64,000 bases of DNA, taken from positions 992,001 through 1,056,000 of the forward strand of contig JASTWF010000071.1 of the NCBI GenBank assembly GCA_030390025.1. Reading direction: 5' to 3'. The notes beneath the pieces are model-generated. The model worked only from the letters and a program-made list of their open reading frames with translations, had not been told where the DNA came from and did not search any database. Source of the DNA: Squalus acanthias. Its lineage: Eukaryota. Each line of letters begins with the position of its first letter. Within the stretch, counting starts at the first letter, position 1. Position numbers and translations under genes: made by a program. Shown one piece after another: positions 58,665-64,000 of this stretch.

Positions 58665-58809
58665 GTCAGTGCTAATATGCATTCGTCTGCCGAGTGTGGT
58701 GTCCACTGAGGGGATAGAAACTGCTTCTCCAAACCCGGTCGCGCTTGGAGAACAAGGCGCAAAATGCTGGCCGTCTCGAACTTGAAGTGCAGAGGTGCAT
58801 GGCAGGTTA

Positions 58810-59160
58810 ATAGGAGCGGGAGGTGGCCATTCAGCCCCTCGAGCCTGTTCCGCCATTCAGTGAGATCATGGCTGATCTGTGACCGAACTCCATTTACCCG
58901 CCTGTGCCCCATATCCCTTAAGGATTAACAGAAATCTATCAATCTCCGATTTAAAATTGACAATTGATCCCCAGCATCAATTGCCATTTGTGGAAGAGAG
59001 TTCCAAACTTCTACCACCCTTTGTGTGTAGAAGTGTTTCCTAATTTCACTCCTGAAAGGTCTGGCTCTAATTTTTAGACTGTGCCCCCTAGTCCTAGACT
59101 CCCCAACCAGCAGAAATAGTTTCTCTCTCTCTCTCGACCCTATCTGTTCCCCTTAATATC
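58810..59160 (-). mobile_element. CR1 LINE 3' fragment
   Basis: 3' stem-loop GGCCATTCAGCCCCTCGAGCCTG and TRGH-region similarity. Confidence 0.8.
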
Positions 59161-60399
59161 AGAATTAAGAGGCAGATGGCTAAATGTCTCCACTGACCAG
59201 TGCTCCATGCTGTGTTCCTGGTTAATCATTCCTCCTCTATATTCATCATCTTTTAAAAACCCAGTCTTGCCATCATCTAGTCACGACTACTTGACTTGCC
59301 TTGTCTTCCCTCCTATTGGTGACTTGCACTTTGACCTTTGGCCCTTCACCTGGGTTTGTCAATGAGTAGTTTTAAAGACTGGCTGTAGCGCTAAATCTCA
59401 AAATCTGACTGGGAGGAGCAAATGGTTCTACACTTCCCTTTAGTGTACAGATTCCTCGGGTGTTGCTCTTACAAGGGACGCCTAATAATAACAACAATGT
59501 TGGACAGTTTCCCTGTATTGTCACAGTCACTGCAACGCAATGGCACAGCTCACTGCACCTGACAACAGCAAAGAAATCCTGCAGCTGTTTCGCTGTGTGC
59601 GTTCCCAGGTAGAAAGACAGCACCTCATTAACTACTTCAGAAGGGTAAGCGCCTGACCTCGTACGCCGCGGGTATCTGAAATTCAGGCACGTACTGTGTA
59701 CAATCCTCGAACCACTTACCCGAATTTGACACGTGCTCACGTTACGGCAGTTTCCCCACGCTCCGCCACACCCACCAGAAACGCTGTCAGAAAATTACCC
59801 CTCCGCCTCTTTTTTTTACTTGACGTATTTTTTTGGGGGGTGAGACTTTAAACCAAGGCCTGGACTGCCCGTTCACTTTGTGAAGTGAAAGATCCCACGG
59901 CACTATTCGAAGAAAAGCAGGGAGTTCGCCCAGAATCCAGGCCAACATTCCTCCCTCGACCCACTCCATCAGGGACGCGCCGTCTGCTCATTCAGCCAAT
60001 TGCTGTTTGTGGGAGCTTGCTGTGCACAAATTGGCTGCTGCGTTTCCCTACGAAACAACAGTGACTGCACTTCAAAGAGTAACTCATTGGTTGTGAAGCA
60101 CTTGGGGAGGTCCTGAGGATTAGAAAGATGCGATATAAATGATAATTGTTTTCTTTCTAATGAAACCGGTGAAAGCTGATAATGTGGCTTTTTTGTACCA
60201 GTTCCTTAACTGTATATAATATAATACCACGCTTATGTATTTAAAAAAAAAACTGATATAAAAGCAGAAAATGCTGGATTGATACAAGCAGCTCATCAGC
60301 GCCTGAAAGGAGAATGGACAGGGAGACGATTCTGATGGAGAGACTTTGTCAGAACGTGTCGAATCGTCTACACCCGAATTGTTAACCTGCTTTTAATCA

Positions 60400-61310
60400 T
60401 TTAAGAACATAAGAAATAGGAGCAGGAAACATAGAAACATAGAAGATAGGCGCAGGAGTAGGCCATTCGGCCCCTCGAGCCTGCTCCACCATTCAATGAG
60501 ATCATGGCTGATCATCCAAATTCAGTACCCTGTCCCTGCTTTCTCCCCATATCCCTTGATCCCTTTAGCCTTAAGAAATATATCTATCTCCTTCTTGAAT
60601 ATATTTAATGAATTGGCCTCAACTGCCTTCTGTGGTAGAGAATTCCACAGGTTCACCACTCTCTGGGTGAAGAAATTCCTCCTCATCTCAGTCCTAAATG
60701 GCTTACCCCTTATCCTTAGACTGTGACCCCTGGTTCTGGACTCCCCCACCATCGGGAACATCCTTCCTGCATCTAGTCTGTCTAGTACTGTTTGAATTTT
60801 ATAAGTTTCAATGAGATCCCCTCTCATTCTTCTAAACTCTAGCGAATATAAGCCTAATCGACCCAATCTCTCTTCATACGTCATTCCTGCCATCCCAGGT
60901 ATCAGTCTGGTGAATCTTCGCTGCACTCCCTCCATGGCAAGAACATCCTTCCTCAGATAAGGCGACCAAAACTGCACACAATACTCAAGGTGTGGTCTCA
61001 CCAAGGCCCTGTACAACTGCAGCAAGACATCCTTGCTCCTGTATTCGAATCCTCTCGCTATGAAGGCCAACATACCATTTGCCTTCTTAACCGCCTGCTG
61101 CACCTGCATGCTTACCTTCAGCGACTGGTGCACAAGGACTCCCAGGAGTCCGCCATACGGCCCCTCGAGCCTGCTCCGCCATTCAATAAGATCATGACTG
61201 ATCTTCGATCTCAACTCCAAAGATTCGCCACCCTGTGAGTGAAGAAATTCCTCCTCTTCTCGGTCCTAAATGGCCGACCCCTTTTCCTGAGACTGTGACC
61301 CCCTAGTTCG
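60400..61310 (-). mobile_element. CR1 LINE 3' fragments
   Basis: ORF 60522-61220 encodes the RT C-terminus. Confidence 0.88.
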
Positions 61311-61379
61311 AGACTCTCTTGCTGCATATTTCCAGGATTCGCTTTGCTTTTATTGTCGGTGAAATAGCTACAGATATTC

Positions 61380-61520
61380 CAAAAGCAAAATACTGCGGAT
61401 GCTGGAAATCTGAAATAAAAACAGAAAATGCTGGAGATACTCAGCAGGTCAGGCAGCATCTGTGGAGAGAGAAATGGAGTTAACGTTTCAGGTTGATGAC
61501 CCTTCGTCAAAACTGGAGCA
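61380..61520 (-). mobile_element. Penelope-derived short repeat with degenerate hammerhead core
   Basis: AGTT-tTGACGA-AGG...CCT-GAAA-CGTT-AACT followed by GATGCTGCCTGACCTGCTGAG. Related copies at 4351-4480(+), ~15100-15225(-) and ~60255-60390. Confidence 0.6.
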
Positions 61521-61619
61521 ACTGGAGCTACAGATATTCCTCATCTTCCTACATATGCTCTCCAAGGGATATATTCATCTGGGTAGCATCACAAGACGGG
61601 CAATGGCGAATTGGCCGTC

Positions 61620-62280
61620 AGATAGTTAAGGTGGTTAAAAAGGCATATGGGATACTTGCCTTCATTAGCCGAGGCATAGAATATAAGAGCAGGGAGGTTA
61701 TGATGGAGCTGTACAAAACGCTAGTTAGGACACAGCTGGAATACTGTGTGCAGTTCTGGTCGCCACACTATAGGAAGGATGTGATTGCATTGGAGAGGGT
61801 GCAGAGGAGATTCACCAGGATGTTACCTGGGCTGCAGCGCTTCAGCTATGAAGAGAGACTGGACAGGCTGGGGTTGTTTTCCTTAGAGCAGCGAAGGCTG
61901 AGGGGGGACCTGATTGAGGGGTACAAAATTATGAGGGGCATAGATAGGGTAGATAGAAAGGAACTTTTCCCCTCAGTAGAGGGCTCAATAACCAGGGGGC
62001 ATAGTTTCAAGGTAAGGGGCAGGAGGTTTAGAGGGGATTTGAGGAAAAACTTTTTCACCCAGAGGGTGGTTGGAATCTGGAACTCACTGCCTGAAAGGGT
62101 GGTAGAGGCAGGAACCCTCAACATTCAAGAAGCATTCAGATGAGCACTTGAAACGCCATAGCATACAAGGCTACGGACCAAGTGCTGGAAAATGGGATTA
62201 GAATAGACAGGGCTTGATGGCCGGCGCGGACACGATGATGGGCCGAAGGGCCTCTTTCTGTGCTGTATAACTCTATGATT
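61620..62280 (+). mobile_element. CR1 LINE 3' fragment
   Basis: VRTQLEYCVQFWSP...ITRGH. Confidence 0.88.
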
Positions 62281-62432
62281 AACGCTCCACGTTCCCATTA
62301 GAAAAGAGGCGTGCAAAGGTTCTCCTATTTTGCGCTACCTCCAGGGACCAATTTATGCCCCACAGCCTCTTCAAAGAGTCCACAGCCCTCTACTGTGATT
62401 AACTCTTGTTTGGTTATTTTTTGCGTTTATAG

Positions 62433-62508
62433 GTGCGGTACATGAAAATTATCGAGAAGAGCGGTTACCAGGCCCTGCCTTGGGTCAGATACATAACTCA
62501 GAGTGGAG
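62433..62508 (+). CDS. AP1M2: AP-1 mu subunit penultimate coding exon
   Basis: 76 nt; VRYMKIIEKSGYQALPWVRYITQSG; YMK and QSG are mu1B-type. Last exon not seen in the window. Confidence 0.9.
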
Positions 62509-62657
62509 GTTAGTACTTCAGGGGCACTGCTCGTGGAGAAAGAAGAGTTTAAAACATCGTTTTTAGTGTATTTGGGCATATTTGTCCTTATAGTTCGACC
62601 TTCTGACTGAATTAAGAAGCATGTAAATGTGCAACAAGTCAATCTGGAGCTGCTTTA

Positions 62658-62925
62658 CGGCCCCATGGGTGGTGTGGCGCGGCCCCATGGGTGGGGTGGC
62701 GCGGTCCCATGGGTGGGGTGGTGTGGCGCGGTCCCATGGGTGGGGTGGTGTGGCGCGGCCCCATGGGTGGTGTGGCGCGGCCCCATGGGTGGTGTGGCGC
62801 GGCCCCATGGGTGGTGTGGCGCGGCCCCATGGGTGCTGGGGCGCGGCCCCATGGGTGCTGGGGCGCGGCCCCATGGGTGGTGGGGCGCGGCCCCATGGGT
62901 GCTGGGGCGCGGCCCCATGGGTGCT
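62658..62925. repeat. GC-rich minisatellite, ~22-bp unit with CCCATGGG palindrome
   Basis: About 12 copies of GCGCGGCCCCATGGGTGGTGTG-like units. Confidence 0.93.
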
Positions 62926-63339
62926 GTGACGTGGCCACATTGGGTGCTGGAGTATAGCTTTGTGGCTGCTAGCGCACCTTCCTGTCCGTTGCTGAAGTGG
63001 CCATTCTTCATGGGTGAATAGTATATGCCAGTGGGCTATTCAACCATAAAGAGCATCACCACCACCGTCAATTCGGCCTCTCTCAATAACCGAGCAGCCA
63101 CACTTTTTCCCCAAAGGTGCACTGGGTAATAAGGAGCAGAACCTGGGAAGTATCGAAGTTGACTTTTAGCACGACTCCAATTGCCTGACTCAGATCAGCT
63201 AGTAACACAGACCAGATATCGAACATGTGACTTCCTGGCCAGAACGGCTCAGTACCACGCCTCGCGGTGAAATCGGTGAAACACATGACGTGGGAGTGAG
63301 GGTTGGCAGTAAACGCACAGACCCACCTTCCTTTTATTA

Positions 63340-64000
63340 AAAGTTAACATGCAGGTACAGCAAGCAATTAGGAAAGCAAATGGTATGTTGGCCTTTATTA
63401 CAAGAGGATTGGAGTATAAGAGTAAAGACGTCTTACTGCAATTATACAGGGTCTTGGTGAGACCACACCTGGAGTATTGTGTACAGTTTTGGTCTCCTTA
63501 CCTAAGGAAGGATATACTTGCCATAGAGGGTGTGCAACGAAGATTCACCAGACTGGTTCCTGGGATGGGGGGAGTTGTCCTGGGATGGGGGGAGTTGTCC
63601 TATGAGGAGAGATTGAGGAGATTAGGCCTGTATTCCCTAGAATTTCAAAGAATGAAGGGTGATCTCATTGAAACATCATAAATTCTTATAGGGCTTGACA
63701 GGGTAAATGCAGGGAGAATGTTTCCCCTGGCTGGAGAGTCTGAAGTTAGGGGTCACAGTCTCAGAATAAGGGGTCGGCCATTTAGGACTGAGATGAGGAG
63801 AAATGTCTTCACTCAGAGGGTGGTGAATCTTTGGAATTCTCTACCCCAGAGGGCTGTGGAGGCTCAGTCGTTGAGTATATTCAAGACAGAGATCGATAAT
63901 TTTTTGGATAATAAGGGAATCAAGGGATATGGGGATAGTGCGGGGAAGGTGGAGTTGAGGCAGAAGATCAGCCATGATCTTATTGAGTGGCGGAGCAGGC
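63340..64000 (+). mobile_element. CR1 LINE 3' fragment
   Basis: ORF 63349-63681 encodes the RT C-terminus. Confidence 0.88.

Noticed and set aside
51153-62508. Assignment as AP1M1
   Set aside because: Most diagnostic residues and the neighbouring 19p13.2-type genes favour AP1M2, though a phylogeny is needed to settle it.

Overview
Eukaryotic (vertebrate) genomic DNA, most likely from a cartilaginous fish (shark), judged from its SacSINE1/DeuSINE-type, CR1, L2 and Penelope repeats. It holds three spliced genes whose human orthologues lie on 19p13.2: (1) the 5' half of PRKCSH (glucosidase II beta; minus strand; six coding exons between 3905 and 20600, CpG-island promoter at ~20.5-20.95 kb); (2) a complete two-exon SWSAP1 (RecA/RAD51-paralogue of the Shu complex; plus strand, 33688-36747); (3) five 3' exons of AP1M2 (AP-1 mu1B; plus strand, 51153-62508), whose 5' exons were not found and probably fall in the 500-N gap at 50476-50975. 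Most remaining sequence is transposon-derived: a near-complete CsRn1-clade-like Ty3/Gypsy LTR element with an odd three-LTR end, a CR1 LINE with intact ORF2, many CR1/L2 fragments, ~15 DeuSINE copies, LF-SINE-like relics, hAT/pogo/Harbinger MITEs with visible TSDs, Penelope-derived hammerhead ribozyme motifs and several minisatellites. The most notable structures are a ~7.6 kb multi-level TE nest just upstream of SWSAP1, a 432-bp flank+LTR duplication with a quasi-palindromic junction, and an inverted G-rich/C-rich repeat pair beside the PRKCSH promoter. No CRISPR or prokaryotic system is present and I found no evidence of a wholly novel gene system. Family assignments rest on motif recognition only; no database searches were run.
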